A stretch of 64,000 bases of DNA from Nitrospirota bacterium. Lineage in GTDB: Bacteria > Nitrospirota > UBA9217. Made by a program: the position numbers and the translations under genes. The stretch spans positions 160,001 through 224,000 of the forward strand of contig CAWJQQ010000005.1 of NCBI GenBank assembly GCA_963845065.1, given 5' to 3'. Positions 39,609 through 51,048 of this stretch are shown here, one piece after another. Each line of letters starts with the position of its first letter. Positions within the stretch are counted from its first letter, which is position 1. A model generated the notes under the pieces. That model did not search any database. It saw only the letters and a list, made by a program, of their open reading frames with translations, and was not told where the DNA came from.

Positions 39609-39763
39609 GGTGGAGTAAGCATGCTTGTCGTAACGTTAAATTTCCAGTTGGGTAGTAATTATTTAGTTCTTTAAATAAATGCTAATACTTTGCACCGGCC
39701 GATGTAAGCAACAGGAATTACAATTCACCATTTTAGCTTTAGTTATTTTTTGTCTCTATATCT

Positions 39764-40015
39764 TCAGCACATATTAGCTTTTTGCTTTCTACCCACAATG
39801 AAATAAAGAGGCACTGCAAGAGGGGGCATAAACATGATAAAAATAAACCAGATCATTTTGTCGGTGTTATTTTTAAATTCACTACGTAGTATATCGACAA
39901 CTACATATAACCAAGCTACAAACAATGCAAGAAAAAAAAAGATGCAAACTCCAGATACGGCAGCAAAAATAGCAGTTAAATGCTGGAGAGCAATGGAAGA
40001 AGCAATATCGCTCAT
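39764..40015 (-). CDS. small membrane protein with PLDc N-terminal-like domain
   Basis: DIL.SEF..DK.IW..I...P.L...LYF.VGRKQK; AAGGAG before ATG 40015. Confidence 0.7.
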   Translation of the reverse strand: MSDIASSIALQHLTAIFAAVSGVCIFFFLALFVAWLYVVVDILRSEFKNNTDKMIWFIFIMFMPPLAVPLYFIVGRKQKANMC

Positions 40016-40195
40016 GAACAGTCTCCTTAAACCTGATGACTCAGGATAATATTCTGGCAAAAAAAGGAAGAAAGAATTGCTCTAGTTTCTAAATTATAGT
40101 AGAATTTTTCATGGAGATAAAGAATAAAATGAAGACAAATTTAATGTGGGAACATCTATCGTATATTGCGCCGGAGAAGCTTAAACTCGGATTCT

Positions 40196-40930
40196 ATGCG
40201 TAAAGACACAGCCGATAGTCAATTGAATCTCATTTATGGTAGCAGCCTGAGCTTGCTCAAGCTCTATCTTGAAGAACACTTGGGCAGGTCTCTTATTCTC
40301 GTGCTAACTGAAAATTCAACGACAATGCTTTCGGTAAGGGTGCATGACCACATGCTGCATGTCCGGCTACACCGGATGTTTTTGAACGCAGACAAGCATG
40401 TGCTTGACGAGATTGTCTCATATCTCAAAAAAAGAAAATCCGCTATGCCGCTTTTCAGGAGTTATCTGCGAGAGAATAAAACACGGATCATAATAAGACC
40501 GCCTAAAAAAATCCCAATAAAAACAGCGGGGACATACCACGACCTTCGTGATTTGTATGATTCCGTCAATAAAGAATATTTTGGTGGTTTGATCAAGGTC
40601 ACAATCACATGGGGATCGAAAAGTCCCCGCTCCTCCGTAAAAAGAAGGACCCTCGGGAGCTACAATGAAAAGTCGGATATCATCAGGATCAATCCAGTGC
40701 TCGACCGGAAAACCGTCCCAAGTTTCTTTGTTGCTTTTATAGTCTACCACGAAATGCTTCATGCGTCACTGGGTACGCCCTTCATGGGAGTACGAAGAAT
40801 CGTTCACTCACAGGAATTCAAAAGACGAGAAAAGCTCTTTAGCAGGTACACGGATGCTATAGCTTGGGCAGTGAGCTTTAATTTTACTATTGGTCATCTT
40901 GGTCTGGATGATCGGGGAGGAGGATCGTGA
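40196..40930 (+). CDS. SprT-like zinc metalloprotease-domain protein
   Basis: LGSY..I.INP.LD..VP..FIVYHEMLH..HS.EF; the tail after AIAW looks foreign. Confidence 0.75.
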   Translation: MRKDTADSQLNLIYGSSLSLLKLYLEEHLGRSLILVLTENSTTMLSVRVHDHMLHVRLHRMFLNADKHVLDEIVSYLKKRKSAMPLFRSYLRENKTRIIIRPPKKIPIKTAGTYHDLRDLYDSVNKEYFGGLIKVTITWGSKSPRSSVKRRTLGSYNEKSDIIRINPVLDRKTVPSFFVAFIVYHEMLHASLGTPFMGVRRIVHSQEFKRREKLFSRYTDAIAWAVSFNFTIGHLGLDDRGGGS

Positions 40931-41230
40931 AAAGTTACAGATCATGTGTCATACAGTCGAATAGAGCATGATCGTGTATAGTAGGGGCCACCAGTTCAGA
41001 GATGACGAACGCGGGGATTAGAAGGACATGAAGTTTTGACCCTCTTCCGCGTTTCTTACCATCGTCGAATTGCAGCCGAAGTTCTGGAGCGACATTGAAG
41101 TCTAGATCGCACACTCCGTTGGTCGTTCTCAATGATGGGAGCAAATCGCCTGTTTCTGAAGATGGCCGTGGAACGCCCTAACGGCTCTGCCAGCATGCCT
41201 GCTTTATTGAGAGCAACACAGTGCACGTTG
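40869..41230 (-). mobile_element. possible DDE transposase (IS4/IS5-like) remnant
   Basis: Fragment FDDGKKRGRGSKLHVL..APTIHD; appears to replace the SprT gene 3' end; no clear terminal repeats. Confidence 0.3.
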
Positions 41231-41325
41231 AATATAGCAGAGACCTGTTATCTTCCGAGAGAACAAAATGCTGTTGTACCATGTTGTTGCAATTATCTAC
41301 CCGGCCATGCTATAGTAAAAAAATC

Positions 41326-44300
41326 ATGAAAAATTTGCATGAGATTATCTTGCCTGTCCTTAACGATATTCAAGCGGGGAAAAAAACCATAGAAGTGAGC
41401 GAACTCTGGGGGGCCGCCAAGGCCCTTTTTTTATTCGGCCTGAAGCGCAAGCTCGACTGCCCTGTTATCGTGATTACTGCTTCGGAGGATACCGCAGAGG
41501 CGCTGTTAGATGACTTGAATTTCTTTCGACAGAAGGCTCCCCGCAACGAGGCGGAAAGCAGTGCACTTAAAATTCATGTCTTCCCAACCTGGGATGTGCT
41601 TCCCTTTGAGGCGGACTCGCCTGACAGCCGAACAGTCGGGGAGCGTATGCGCTTTCTCTACGATCTTGTCTCCGGTGACCCCGGCATCTTCGTAGTGCCG
41701 GTGCAATCATTGATACAAAAACTCCCGCCTTGGAATCTGTTTATTGACTCGGTAAAAACAATTACCACTACGACGCAACTTAATCCTGATAGTCTCGTTG
41801 CATCCCTGGTTGCAACAGGCTACGAATCTTCATCTCTGGTCACACGCGTGGGCGAGTTCAGCAAAAGGGGAGGGATCGTCGACTTCTTTTCACCACTACA
41901 TGAGCAGCCCGTGCGCATTGAATTTTTTGGTGATACTATGGAATCGCTACGCGCATTTGATCCCGAATCGCAACGCTCGACCGAAGAGATCAGTGAATCC
42001 GTGATTTTGCCGGTGCGGGAGCTCATCATTAATGATAAAGGGATAGAACAATTCGCACGCACTATCAATGATGAGGCCCTAATCGATCAGCTAAAAAGAG
42101 GGACACTTCCTCCAGGGGCTGAGTTCCTTGCACCGTTTTTCTATGGTATGGAAAGCCTGTTCCGATATCTTCCTGAGAATAGTCTTCTCGCCTGCATCGA
42201 ACCCGATGACATTAAACGCGAAGTTGAGTTCCAGAGAGTTAAAATCGAGGAGGGACGGCGTGAAGAGGTTGAAGAAGGCAGAACATTGCCTGAGGCATCG
42301 GAGCTTTATCTCGATCAAAAAGGACTTGACCTAGAATTGGCACATTTTACGACGCTCAGCAACCGTCTCCTCGGAACAAGAGGTGATGGTTTTCGCATGA
42401 ACACAAAGTCCTCTTCCTGGCTAAGTGTTCGTCTTACCAAGCCGGTCAACAGGGACCAGCAGGACACAATGCGCCAACCGATAGAAGGCACGATGGCGGG
42501 CCTTGTCGAGAAGCTCAGGCGCTTACGAGAATTCAACAGCGTTATGATTGTCTGTGGCACTGACGAATCGGCAGCACGGCTCAAGAAGCTGTTCATGGAA
42601 TACGGACTCGGTGTTGCACTAACATCCTACCCCGTGGCTCAGGATGCGGGGCCGTGGCCCATCACAGTGACCGTTGGAAGACTGTCAGAGGGGTTTGCCT
42701 GGCAGGAAGTCGGCATCATTTTTATTGCCGAGGAGGAGATTTTCGGCAGAAAGGTTCACCGTCCCTTAACTGTAAAAACAAAAGCAGCACCTTTTCTTTC
42801 AACCTTCAAGGAGCTAAAGCCTGGCGATTTCGTGGTACACACAGACTACGGTGTGGGCGAATACCAGGGACTAACGCATATCAATGTCGACGGCTTTGAA
42901 ACTGACTTTCTTTCCCTTCGCTACGAGCCGGATGCAAAGCTATACGTTCCTCTCTATAGTCTTGATAAAGTTCAGAAGTATATCGGTTCCGAAGGGATCG
43001 TACCGAAGCTTGACCGCTTGGGCGCGCTAGGCTGGGCGAAGACCAAGGAAAAAGTAAAGAAGGATATCCTCGAGATGGCTAGGGAGCTTGCTGCAATCTA
43101 TGCCGCCCGCGAAGCACAAAACCGTTCATCTTTCTCACCGCCGGACAATCTCTATCGTGAGTTTGAAGCCGCCTTCCCGTATGAAGAGACAGCTGACCAG
43201 CAGAAGGCAATCGAGGACGTACTTACCGATATGCAGCGGCCGAGACCCATGGATCGTCTTGTGTGCGGGGACGTGGGATACGGTAAAACCGAGGTAGCGC
43301 TCCGGGCAGCATTCAAAGCTGTAGAAGATGGGATGCAGGTTGCGGTGTTGGTGCCGACGACGCTCCTTGCAGACCAGCACGCCCGCACGTTTTCTGAGCG
43401 GCTTGCCCCGTTTTCGGTCCGTGTTGACATGCTCTCTCGCTTTCGCTCTAAGGCCGAGCAGCAGACGACGCTCAAAGGAATGAAGAGCGGGATCGTGGAC
43501 ATCGTGATCGGCACGCACAGACTGCTTCAGAAGGACGTTGCTTTCAAGAACCTCGGCCTGCTTGTTGTCGACGAGGAACACAAGTTCGGTGTAAAACACA
43601 AGGAGCGGATCAAGGAATTTAAAAAACTTGTGGATGTGCTTACACTTACGGCAACGCCGATCCCGCGCACGCTTCACATGTCGCTCGCGGGCATCCGGGA
43701 TCTTTCGATCATCCAAACGCCACCTCTTGACCGCCAAGCCATTCAAGTGGTGCTCGCGCGCTTTGGTAAACGTGTGATCCGTGAGGCCATTATGCATGAA
43801 CTCGGCCGGAGCGGACAGGTGTTTTTCGTGCATAACCGCGTTCGGGGTATCGAACGCACGGCTGATTTCGTGAAGAAGCTTGTGCCCGAAGCACGAGTCG
43901 GCATAGCCCATGGGCAATTGCATGAGCACCAGATCGAGGATGTGATGAAGAAGTTTCTCGCAGGAACACTGAATGTGCTCGTGACCACGACAATCATCGA
44001 ATCCGGCATCGATATCCCGACGGCAAATACGATCATCATTAACAGGGCAGACCGCTTCGGCCTTGCCGACTTGTATCAAATAAAAGGACGTGTGGGAAGG
44101 AGCCGGGAGAAGGCCTACGCTTATTTGCTCACTCCCGAAGATGAAACACTTACGGAAATTGCACGCAAGCGTCTTCGTGCGATTCAGGAATTGTCCGAAC
44201 TAGGCGCTGGGTTCCGAATTGCTGCACAGGATCTTGAGACCCGCGGAGCTGGAAATCTCCTGGGCAAGCAGCAATCGGGCCACATTGCAGCCGTTGGAAT

Positions 44301-44802
44301 CGATTTGTACACCCAGATGATGGAGGAGGCCATGGCAGAACTGCGCGGCGAGGAAATATCACCCGAGCCGGATACGATTATTACAATGCGCGCATCTGCA
44401 TTTATTCCTGATGATTATATCAATGATGTAAGCTTGCGACTCGCGGCATACAAAGAGATATCGACCGCTTCCGATGAGGCACAGCTCCGCGATATCAGCA
44501 ATGAGCTCCGAGACCGGTATGGAGTTCTGCCCGAACCTGTAGCCAATTTATTCGAGATAATGAGCGTCAAGCTTATCGCCAAAAAGGCAAGTGTCGCACG
44601 GATCGATGCAGGCAAGGACATGGTGAAAATCACCTTTACCGAGCAGGCGAACATATCACCGGACCGTGTTATGGTTCTTATTAATAAAAACAAAAGAAAC
44701 ATAAAGCTTATTCCGGAATACACGCTCCAGATCACGCTTCCAGACGACTCATTAGGGACTGCCGTAGATATGGTGAAAAAGTGCTTGCATGAATTATTAT
44801 AG
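41326..44802 (+). CDS. mfd: transcription-repair coupling factor
   Basis: [57 protein letters not shown]-terminus. Confidence 0.97.
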   Translation: MKNLHEIILPVLNDIQAGKKTIEVSELWGAAKALFLFGLKRKLDCPVIVITASEDTAEALLDDLNFFRQKAPRNEAESSALKIHVFPTWDVLPFEADSPDSRTVGERMRFLYDLVSGDPGIFVVPVQSLIQKLPPWNLFIDSVKTITTTTQLNPDSLVASLVATGYESSSLVTRVGEFSKRGGIVDFFSPLHEQPVRIEFFGDTMESLRAFDPESQRSTEEISESVILPVRELIINDKGIEQFARTINDEALIDQLKRGTLPPGAEFLAPFFYGMESLFRYLPENSLLACIEPDDIKREVEFQRVKIEEGRREEVEEGRTLPEASELYLDQKGLDLELAHFTTLSNRLLGTRGDGFRMNTKSSSWLSVRLTKPVNRDQQDTMRQPIEGTMAGLVEKLRRLREFNSVMIVCGTDESAARLKKLFMEYGLGVALTSYPVAQDAGPWPITVTVGRLSEGFAWQEVGIIFIAEEEIFGRKVHRPLTVKTKAAPFLSTFKELKPGDFVVHTDYGVGEYQGLTHINVDGFETDFLSLRYEPDAKLYVPLYSLDKVQKYIGSEGIVPKLDRLGALGWAKTKEKVKKDILEMARELAAIYAAREAQNRSSFSPPDNLYREFEAAFPYEETADQQKAIEDVLTDMQRPRPMDRLVCGDVGYGKTEVALRAAFKAVEDGMQVAVLVPTTLLADQHARTFSERLAPFSVRVDMLSRFRSKAEQQTTLKGMKSGIVDIVIGTHRLLQKDVAFKNLGLLVVDEEHKFGVKHKERIKEFKKLVDVLTLTATPIPRTLHMSLAGIRDLSIIQTPPLDRQAIQVVLARFGKRVIREAIMHELGRSGQVFFVHNRVRGIERTADFVKKLVPEARVGIAHGQLHEHQIEDVMKKFLAGTLNVLVTTTIIESGIDIPTANTIIINRADRFGLADLYQIKGRVGRSREKAYAYLLTPEDETLTEIARKRLRAIQELSELGAGFRIAAQDLETRGAGNLLGKQQSGHIAAVGIDLYTQMMEEAMAELRGEEISPEPDTIITMRASAFIPDDYINDVSLRLAAYKEISTASDEAQLRDISNELRDRYGVLPEPVANLFEIMSVKLIAKKASVARIDAGKDMVKITFTEQANISPDRVMVLINKNKRNIKLIPEYTLQITLPDDSLGTAVDMVKKCLHELL

Positions 44803-44887
44803 TATGTTATATATGAGGACTATACTTTCTTAATATTTGCGTTTTTTTAAATAGCAGAAAACTCATACTTTCGGAGGAATGTAATTC

Positions 44888-45586
44888 ATGAAGATGTATA
44901 AAACGATCGTAATTGTTATGTTGCTCACCGTCGCTGTTTCTATGACGGGCTGTAACAAGGGAACGAATAGCACCGTACTCGCGAAGGTTAACCGCGGAAC
45001 CATCACGGAAGTGGATTTCAAAAAACAGCTTGAAGACCTAACACCACAAATGCAGCAGGCGGTGGCTACCGATCCCAAGGCACGGAGGGAATTCCTCGAT
45101 GATCTGGTCGGGATCGAACTTGTAATCCAGGAAGCGAAGCGGCAAGGTTTGGACAAGGACGCAGACTTTAAAAAGCGGCAAGATATGATGAGAAAAGAGC
45201 TCGAGCACAGGGTCCAGGAGGACGCCAAAAACGAGCTTTTTAACGCGGTCCTGAAAAAAGAGATCGGTGATAAAATGAGCAAGGTGCCCGAACCATCAGC
45301 GCAGGAAGTTCGCGACTATTATGATAAGAACAAGGATAAGATACGCAACGGAGCTGGAAAACCACTAAGTCTCAAGGATGTGGAACCACAACTGAAAACA
45401 CGGCTGATGCAAGAGAGGCGGCGAGAACTGTACCTCGAATATGCCAAGGCGCTCCGAGACAAGGCCAAAATCGAAGTAAATGAAAAGGCCCTTGACGAGG
45501 CCATGGCCTCGTTTGCCCAGCCAAAAGAGCTGGATCTTTCAAATATGAAGGCACAACCAGCTACAAATAAAGAGGCTACAAAGTAA
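44888..45586 (+). CDS. SurA N-terminal/PrsA-like lipoprotein chaperone
   Basis: Lipobox MTGC; VLAKVN..IT; helical SurA_N; no intact parvulin core. Confidence 0.72.
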   Translation: MKMYKTIVIVMLLTVAVSMTGCNKGTNSTVLAKVNRGTITEVDFKKQLEDLTPQMQQAVATDPKARREFLDDLVGIELVIQEAKRQGLDKDADFKKRQDMMRKELEHRVQEDAKNELFNAVLKKEIGDKMSKVPEPSAQEVRDYYDKNKDKIRNGAGKPLSLKDVEPQLKTRLMQERRRELYLEYAKALRDKAKIEVNEKALDEAMASFAQPKELDLSNMKAQPATNKEATK

Positions 45587-45599
45587 GAACTCGATCACT

Positions 45600-46574
45600 A
45601 TGAACTGTTTCCGACAGAAGTACTATATTATAGCCCCAGCGCTTTTGCTGGGGCTTCTATTTTTTTCATGCGCGAAAAAAGAAGAAGAAAAAAAAATCAC
45701 TGCAGCCGCCCCCGGTGTGTCCACGCTCTCTCCCAATGTGCGGATAGTGGCAACAGTGAACGGCGATCCTATCTCGCTTGCCGAATTCCAGGAACGCTTT
45801 GCCCGCGCGGGAATAAAGCCTGAGCACGATGCTGAACTTGACGTCAGGCGTGAATTCCTGAACCAGCTTATAGAACGTAAAATGATGCTTCGAGAGGCCC
45901 AGAGGAAACGGATCAAAATCGGTCTTCCTGAGATAAATGCCAGGATCGAAGCGTTGCGCACCGAACATGGTAAAGATGTTAAGGAAGAACTTGCGAGCCT
46001 CGGCATCGATTTCGAGAAGTGGAAGTCCGATATCTGGGAAGATATGATGATCGAGCGGCTGATTACACGCGATGTGAACAGGCACATAACCGTTTCGCAG
46101 GCTGAAATACGCCGTTACTACCAGGCGAACACCGAGGCATTCGAGAAACCTGAGCAGGTTCGCGTGCGACAGATAGTAGTCGCTACCGAGGACGAAGCAA
46201 AAAAGGTGATGGCACTTCTTCAAGCACCGAATGTGGACTTTGCGGCATTGGCGCGTGAAAAATCAATTGCCCCGGAGGCGGAGAAGGGTGGAGATCTGGG
46301 TTATTTTGCCATGGGTGATATGCCAGCGGAATTCAATATCGTCTTCGGCCTGCCGAAACAAGGGATAAGTGGGATCGTAAAGAGTCCATATGGTTTTCAT
46401 ATCTTCAAGCTGGAAGATAAGCGGAAAGCCGGCAAGATCAGCCTTGATGAAGCCTCGAAAGAGATAACCGAAAAAATACGCCAGGAAAAAGTAGACATTC
46501 GTTACCGGCAATGGCTCAAGGAACTGAGGTCGAGGACGAAGTTTGAAGTAAATTACCAGGCGCTGGAGCAGTGA
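45600..46574 (+). CDS. PpiC-type peptidyl-prolyl isomerase lipoprotein
   Basis: Lipobox FSC; F.ALAREKS..GGDLG..SPYGFHIFK. Confidence 0.88.
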   Translation: MNCFRQKYYIIAPALLLGLLFFSCAKKEEEKKITAAAPGVSTLSPNVRIVATVNGDPISLAEFQERFARAGIKPEHDAELDVRREFLNQLIERKMMLREAQRKRIKIGLPEINARIEALRTEHGKDVKEELASLGIDFEKWKSDIWEDMMIERLITRDVNRHITVSQAEIRRYYQANTEAFEKPEQVRVRQIVVATEDEAKKVMALLQAPNVDFAALAREKSIAPEAEKGGDLGYFAMGDMPAEFNIVFGLPKQGISGIVKSPYGFHIFKLEDKRKAGKISLDEASKEITEKIRQEKVDIRYRQWLKELRSRTKFEVNYQALEQ

Positions 46575-46609
46575 GTTTCGTAAGATAAAGAGGGCTAGGA
46601 GCACTTCCT

Positions 46610-47230
46610 GGCAATTGCTGAAACACGGCGGTAGATTGTCCGGACGCGGCGAACGGAGTGATCAAAGCATTATCTCGATCATTCGCAAACTCCAGCCTAG
46701 TTTTGAACTGTTCCGACGCAGCATTGATGCTTCCGACCACTTAAGCACCCGTAACGCCGGTGAGCGAGCAACACGGGGGTGGTATTGTACGCGGTAGTTG
46801 TTCACGTCCAGGGGCGCTGCATCAACCCTTACGAGGGTGTTGTCCTTGAATGTCGAGAGTAATATGATACAATGATTTGCACGGTCGCACTCGGAGCCGA
46901 AAACGAAGTTGCCGCGACTGTAGGTAATGAGATGTCCTTTGTACACCTAGAGTTTCTGGAGAATAAGTGGGTGATCGCCGAGCACGAGGTTGGCGCCCTC
47001 AACCAATGGCACAATGGCCAAGTTCGTTCTGGCAAAACCTTGGCAACGGTTAACAGCTCAACGCCCAAGTGGAAGGAAACGACAATGATATCGACATGGG
47101 GCCGGACCCTCTCGATAGCAGCATTCACCAAGTCTGCATATCCCGGCGTTGTGCCTGGCCAGCGGGCGGAAGTGAAAAATTCTAATTGTGTGTTCGTCCT
47201 GCGGCAGCAGGTCTGCGGTAATAGCTTGTG
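46610..47230 (-). pseudogene. CapA/PGA_cap metallophosphatase remnant
   Basis: DIIVVSFHLG.E, then in another frame GANLVLGDHP.ILQ..YKG.LI.YS.GNFVFG; frameshifts and missing N-terminus. Confidence 0.7.
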
Positions 47231-47355
47231 AAGCTAGAGTGAAGACACCGCGAAGAGTGGGAAAGAGTGGTTTCATATTACATTTAACGCTATAATAAAA
47301 TACCGCTGCCAAAAAGCATAAAAAAAGCAGGCGGTGTTGGGCACGGAGCAGAACC

Positions 47356-48294
47356 ATGAGAAAAGCAGCATTTTCTTTTATAATCGTAACGGGCATTTAT
47401 CTTTTGTGCAGCATGCAGAGCACCGCGATCGCTTCGGTTGTTGTGGACCGCGTAGTTGCGGTCGTTAATAATGAAATTATTACGCTGAGCGATCTTCAGC
47501 GGGAAGCAACTTTGAAAAAAACCGAGGGCAAGTCTGCTGAACGGATGCTCCTCGAAGACATGATTGACCGAAAACTGCAGATGGCTGCCGCAAAGCGTGC
47601 TGGGATGGACGTCACCGATAAAGAGCTTGCCGACGCCGTCAATGACATTTTAAAGCGGAATTCCTTTGATTTAAATCAGTTCGAGGCAGCGTTGGCAAAA
47701 GACGGGCTCACGCTCGAGCAGTATAAAATTGAGCTTCGGGAGCAGATGACGCTCTCGCGCATGTTTAATAAGTATATACGGGCTGGCGTCGCCGTAGATG
47801 AGGCGGAAGTTCACTCTTATTATAATCGAAACATCAAATTATACACGCTCCCCGAAGAAATCCGGCTGAGGCAGATATTTTTCCCGATACCTGACAAGCC
47901 AACTGCCCACGAGACTGCAGACGTGGAAGAAAAGGCGCAGCAGGTTTATGCTCGAGCCAAAAACGGGGAGAATTTTACTAGCCTCGTCCGTGAATTTTCT
48001 GAAGGAGCGACAGAGTCGCAGGATGGTGATCTCGGATTCACACAGCGGGACTCTCTTTTGCCTGAGATGGAATCTGCCGCGCAACCTCTTAAACAGGGCG
48101 ATATCTCCCCCCCATTCCGCTGCGCTGGCGGCTATAACATTATCAGGCTGGAAGAAGTGCGGGCCATTGTGAGACCTTATGATACAGTAAAAAATGAGAT
48201 CATGAATATGCTCTATCAGCAAAAAGTTGAGAATAACTACCGAAGCTGGCTTCAGTCTCTTAGGAGCGATTCCAACATCGAAAACAGATTTTAA
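47356..48294 (+). CDS. surA: SurA-like chaperone/PPIase
   Basis: Signal peptide; VVDRVVAVVNNEIIT.SD; parvulin F..LVREFS..DGDLG. Confidence 0.85.
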   Translation: MRKAAFSFIIVTGIYLLCSMQSTAIASVVVDRVVAVVNNEIITLSDLQREATLKKTEGKSAERMLLEDMIDRKLQMAAAKRAGMDVTDKELADAVNDILKRNSFDLNQFEAALAKDGLTLEQYKIELREQMTLSRMFNKYIRAGVAVDEAEVHSYYNRNIKLYTLPEEIRLRQIFFPIPDKPTAHETADVEEKAQQVYARAKNGENFTSLVREFSEGATESQDGDLGFTQRDSLLPEMESAAQPLKQGDISPPFRCAGGYNIIRLEEVRAIVRPYDTVKNEIMNMLYQQKVENNYRSWLQSLRSDSNIENRF

Positions 48295-48318
48295 GCAGGA
48301 GTAGGGAGCAGAGCACTG

Positions 48319-48350
48319 AGGGCAAAGCTGAGAGCGATGCCCTTTTTTTT
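48319..48350 (+). terminator. Rho-independent terminator after surA
   Basis: AGGGCA..TGCCCT stem followed by a T run. Confidence 0.5.
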
Positions 48351-48393
48351 CACTTAACGCCTACCCCCTTTTTGATTCTGTATCGTACCCCGC

Positions 48394-49557
48394 GTGAAAA
48401 CGATAAAACTCAAACAAAAAGAAGACCGCCGCATTCTTCGCGGGCACCCTTGGGTGTTTAGCAATGAACTTGAACGAATGTTGGCTACGTTCGAACCGGG
48501 CGAGATCGTCGATGTGCAGGATTTTTCCGGTCGATTCGTTGGTCGGGGCTATATTAATCCACGCTCTCTCATTGCCGTGCGGATTCTCACGCGGAAGGAG
48601 GAAGAGATTGACCTCGCATTTTTTAAAAATAAGATTTCGGCTGCACACGACCTCAGAAAAGATTTTGGATTCGGCGATTCCTATCGCGCCGTCTTCAGCG
48701 AAGGTGATGGTCTTCCAGGCTTAATCGTGGACAAATACGCCGACACACTCGTGGTCCAGTCATCGACTGCTGGCATCGACAGGCTTTTGGACGAAGTTGT
48801 CACGGCGTTGAATGAAGAATATTCTCCCCATGCAATTGTGCTCAAGAATGATATGGGTACGCGGGAGCTCGAAGGTCTTTCTCAAGAAAAGCGCGTTATA
48901 GTTGGATCTCTTACAGGTCCTGTGACGATCGAAGAGTCAGGCATTACTTATCGGGTTGATGTGCTTGACGGACAGAAGACTGGGTTCTTCTTTGATCAAC
49001 GAGAGAACCGACTTGCTCTTAAAGATTATGCCCGTGGAAAGCGAACACTAGATTGTTTTTGCTACATAGGTGCATGGTCGCTTACGGCAGCGAAATTCGG
49101 CGCCTCCGAAGTCATCGGTCTTGACTCTTCAGCGAAGGCTGTCTCCCAGGCAACAGATAATGCCGCTTTGAACGGTTTGTCAGCGCAGTTTAAGACTGTC
49201 GATGTATTCGATGAGCTCCGCCTTCTGGAAAAACAAAGGGAAAAGTTCGGTTGTATCGTCCTCGACCCACCAGCGTTTGTGAAAAGCAGATCCAAGGTGC
49301 GGGAGGCACTTAAAGGCTATAAAGACATCAATCTTCGTGCAATGAAATTACTTGAACCGGGAGGCGCACTGGTGACCTGCTCGTGCTCACATCATATTGA
49401 CCAAGAATTGTTTCGGGAGATGCTAATTGACTCAGCATACTCGGCAGGCAGACAGGCGCGGATACTGGAGATGCGCTCCCAGTCGCGAGATCATCCTATG
49501 CTGCTCGCGGCCAAGGAGACGCAGTATTTAAAATGTGCGATACTAAAAATAGACTGA
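48394..49557 (+). CDS. rlmI: RlmI/RlmK-like SAM-dependent rRNA methyltransferase
   Basis: GHPWVFSNE PUA domain, SEGDGLPGLIVD.Y, GQKTGFFFDQR.NR, LDPPAF, TCSCS, ETQYLK. Confidence 0.85.
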   Translation: MKTIKLKQKEDRRILRGHPWVFSNELERMLATFEPGEIVDVQDFSGRFVGRGYINPRSLIAVRILTRKEEEIDLAFFKNKISAAHDLRKDFGFGDSYRAVFSEGDGLPGLIVDKYADTLVVQSSTAGIDRLLDEVVTALNEEYSPHAIVLKNDMGTRELEGLSQEKRVIVGSLTGPVTIEESGITYRVDVLDGQKTGFFFDQRENRLALKDYARGKRTLDCFCYIGAWSLTAAKFGASEVIGLDSSAKAVSQATDNAALNGLSAQFKTVDVFDELRLLEKQREKFGCIVLDPPAFVKSRSKVREALKGYKDINLRAMKLLEPGGALVTCSCSHHIDQELFREMLIDSAYSAGRQARILEMRSQSRDHPMLLAAKETQYLKCAILKID

Positions 49558-49759
49558 ACGTAGATAAGGATTTGATATCCAAGTCAACTACTGACGCTCT
49601 CCGGGCGCGTATGGCAAATGATAGCATCCATTCATATTTAAACGCATTTCAATAAGGGCTCAAAATGGATTTGTACATATACAGGTTCCATAGTTGAAAA
49701 CAGATTTCAAGAATTAACTTGACTAATAAGCACCCCCTATGTTAAAAAGTAACCGCTTC

Positions 49760-49834
49760 GGGCGATTAGCTCAGCGGGAGAGCACTGCCTTCACACGGCA
49801 GGGGTCGCTGGTTCAAACCCAGCATCGCCCACCA
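49760..49834 (+). tRNA. tRNA-Val(CAC)
   Basis: GGGCGAT..ATCGCCC acceptor + ACCA; anticodon arm CTGCC-TTCACAC-GGCAG; T loop GGTTCAAACC. Confidence 0.95.
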
Positions 49835-49839
49835 TGGAA
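49787..49839 (+). repeat. attL, 53-bp direct repeat (3' half of tRNA-Val)
   Basis: Identical to 60210-60262. Confidence 0.95.
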
Positions 49840-49844
49840 TTCAA

Positions 49845-49876
49845 GGAGTTAGGCTACAAAAGCTGACTCCTTTTTT
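49845..49876 (+). terminator. element-supplied replacement terminator for the tRNA
   Basis: GGAGTTAG..CTGACTCC followed by TTTTTT, just inside attL. Confidence 0.6.
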
Positions 49877-50979
49877 GTTTCTTGTGCAGTAATTGTGAAG
49901 TTTGCGGAAGGTGTGGAGTCTGGTGAAGGTCTCAGGATAGAGTCCAGAACGTTTACAGCGTTCGTTTTATGGGCCGGTGCAAGGTGAGCATAGCGAAGTG
50001 TCATCTTGATATCCTTATGACCAAGAAGCTCCCTTACCGTTGTAAGGTCTATTCCTGCCATTACAAGTTGCGAGGCAAACGTGTGGCGGAGATCATGAAA
50101 GCGGAAATCGTTTATCTTTGCCGCTTTCAAGGCTGTTGCGAAGCTCCTTTTCATACTCTTATAGGGTTTGAGAGTGATCGGGTCATAGAAGACATAAGGC
50201 AACAGCTCCTTTTCTCCGTCCTTTTCGGCCTCTACAAAACGGCGGGGGAGACGATTAATCGTTTCTCTTAGTGTTTGGTCAATCGGTACCTCCCGGTGCT
50301 CGCCGTTTTTCGTCTCAGTAAGTGTAATAAACCCGTTTTGCAGGTCTATCTGTTCCCAGCGTAAACTAAGAATCTCGCCGCGCCTCATTCCCGTATGAAG
50401 AGCACAAATAACAATAGGCTGCAAATGGGTGTCACATACACTGACCAATTCTTGAGTCTCTTTGGAAGATAGGAAACGCAAGCGTCGATTCGACTCTTTG
50501 TAGTTTTTCACCTTGCGTATACGTTTGAGTGTGTCCTCCTCCACCAATTCCCATTCAACCGCCTTGCCGATCATAGCCTTTAGGATAGCAATTTCCTTGT
50601 TAACGCTCGCCGTTTTTAATCTCTCCTGTAAAAGCATCGTTTGGTACTGTTCGACGATAAGCGTGTTGAAAGCCCTTAAGGGAATGTCTCCGAAATGCTT
50701 TGTAAGCTTCTTAATCCTGTACTGCTTGCTTTCGGCTGATTTGTGCCGCCCCAGCATCCATGAAATATACTTGTCTTTGAGCTCAAAGAATGTATGATTT
50801 TTTATCCTGACAGCACTGGTTAGTTTGCCTTCTCGGACGGCCTTTTGCTCGCCGATAAGCTGTGTTTCCGCCTCGCGGTAACTGTCCGTGCGAGTACTTT
50901 TGCGAATGATCTTTCCGGTTAAATCAGCGAAACAAATCCAGTAAACATTGCCGCGCTTATAAATACCTTTTCTAGCCAT
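49849..50979 (-). CDS. tyrosine recombinase/phage integrase
   Basis: TGMRRGE (R), TKN (K), FHDLRH, LLGH, TLRYAH; N-terminal arm-binding region. Confidence 0.95.
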   Translation of the reverse strand: MARKGIYKRGNVYWICFADLTGKIIRKSTRTDSYREAETQLIGEQKAVREGKLTSAVRIKNHTFFELKDKYISWMLGRHKSAESKQYRIKKLTKHFGDIPLRAFNTLIVEQYQTMLLQERLKTASVNKEIAILKAMIGKAVEWELVEEDTLKRIRKVKNYKESNRRLRFLSSKETQELVSVCDTHLQPIVICALHTGMRRGEILSLRWEQIDLQNGFITLTETKNGEHREVPIDQTLRETINRLPRRFVEAEKDGEKELLPYVFYDPITLKPYKSMKRSFATALKAAKINDFRFHDLRHTFASQLVMAGIDLTTVRELLGHKDIKMTLRYAHLAPAHKTNAVNVLDSILRPSPDSTPSANFTITAQETKKESAFVA

Positions 50980-51005
50980 GAAAGCCGATCTCCTTTCTAA
51001 TTTGC

Positions 51006-51023
51006 AGTGAAAACGTTTTCACT
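51006..51023. promoter_or_regulatory. perfect 18-bp palindrome upstream of integrase (operator-like)
   Basis: AGTGAAAACGTTTTCACT. Confidence 0.5.
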
Positions 51024-51048
51024 TTGTCGTCTTTCGACTCTTGTTACT

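Noticed and set aside
43135..44079. 314-aa antisense ORF and similar long shadow ORFs (e.g. 6366-6995, 34537-35178)
   Set aside because: They lie opposite well-supported genes and have no recognisable motifs
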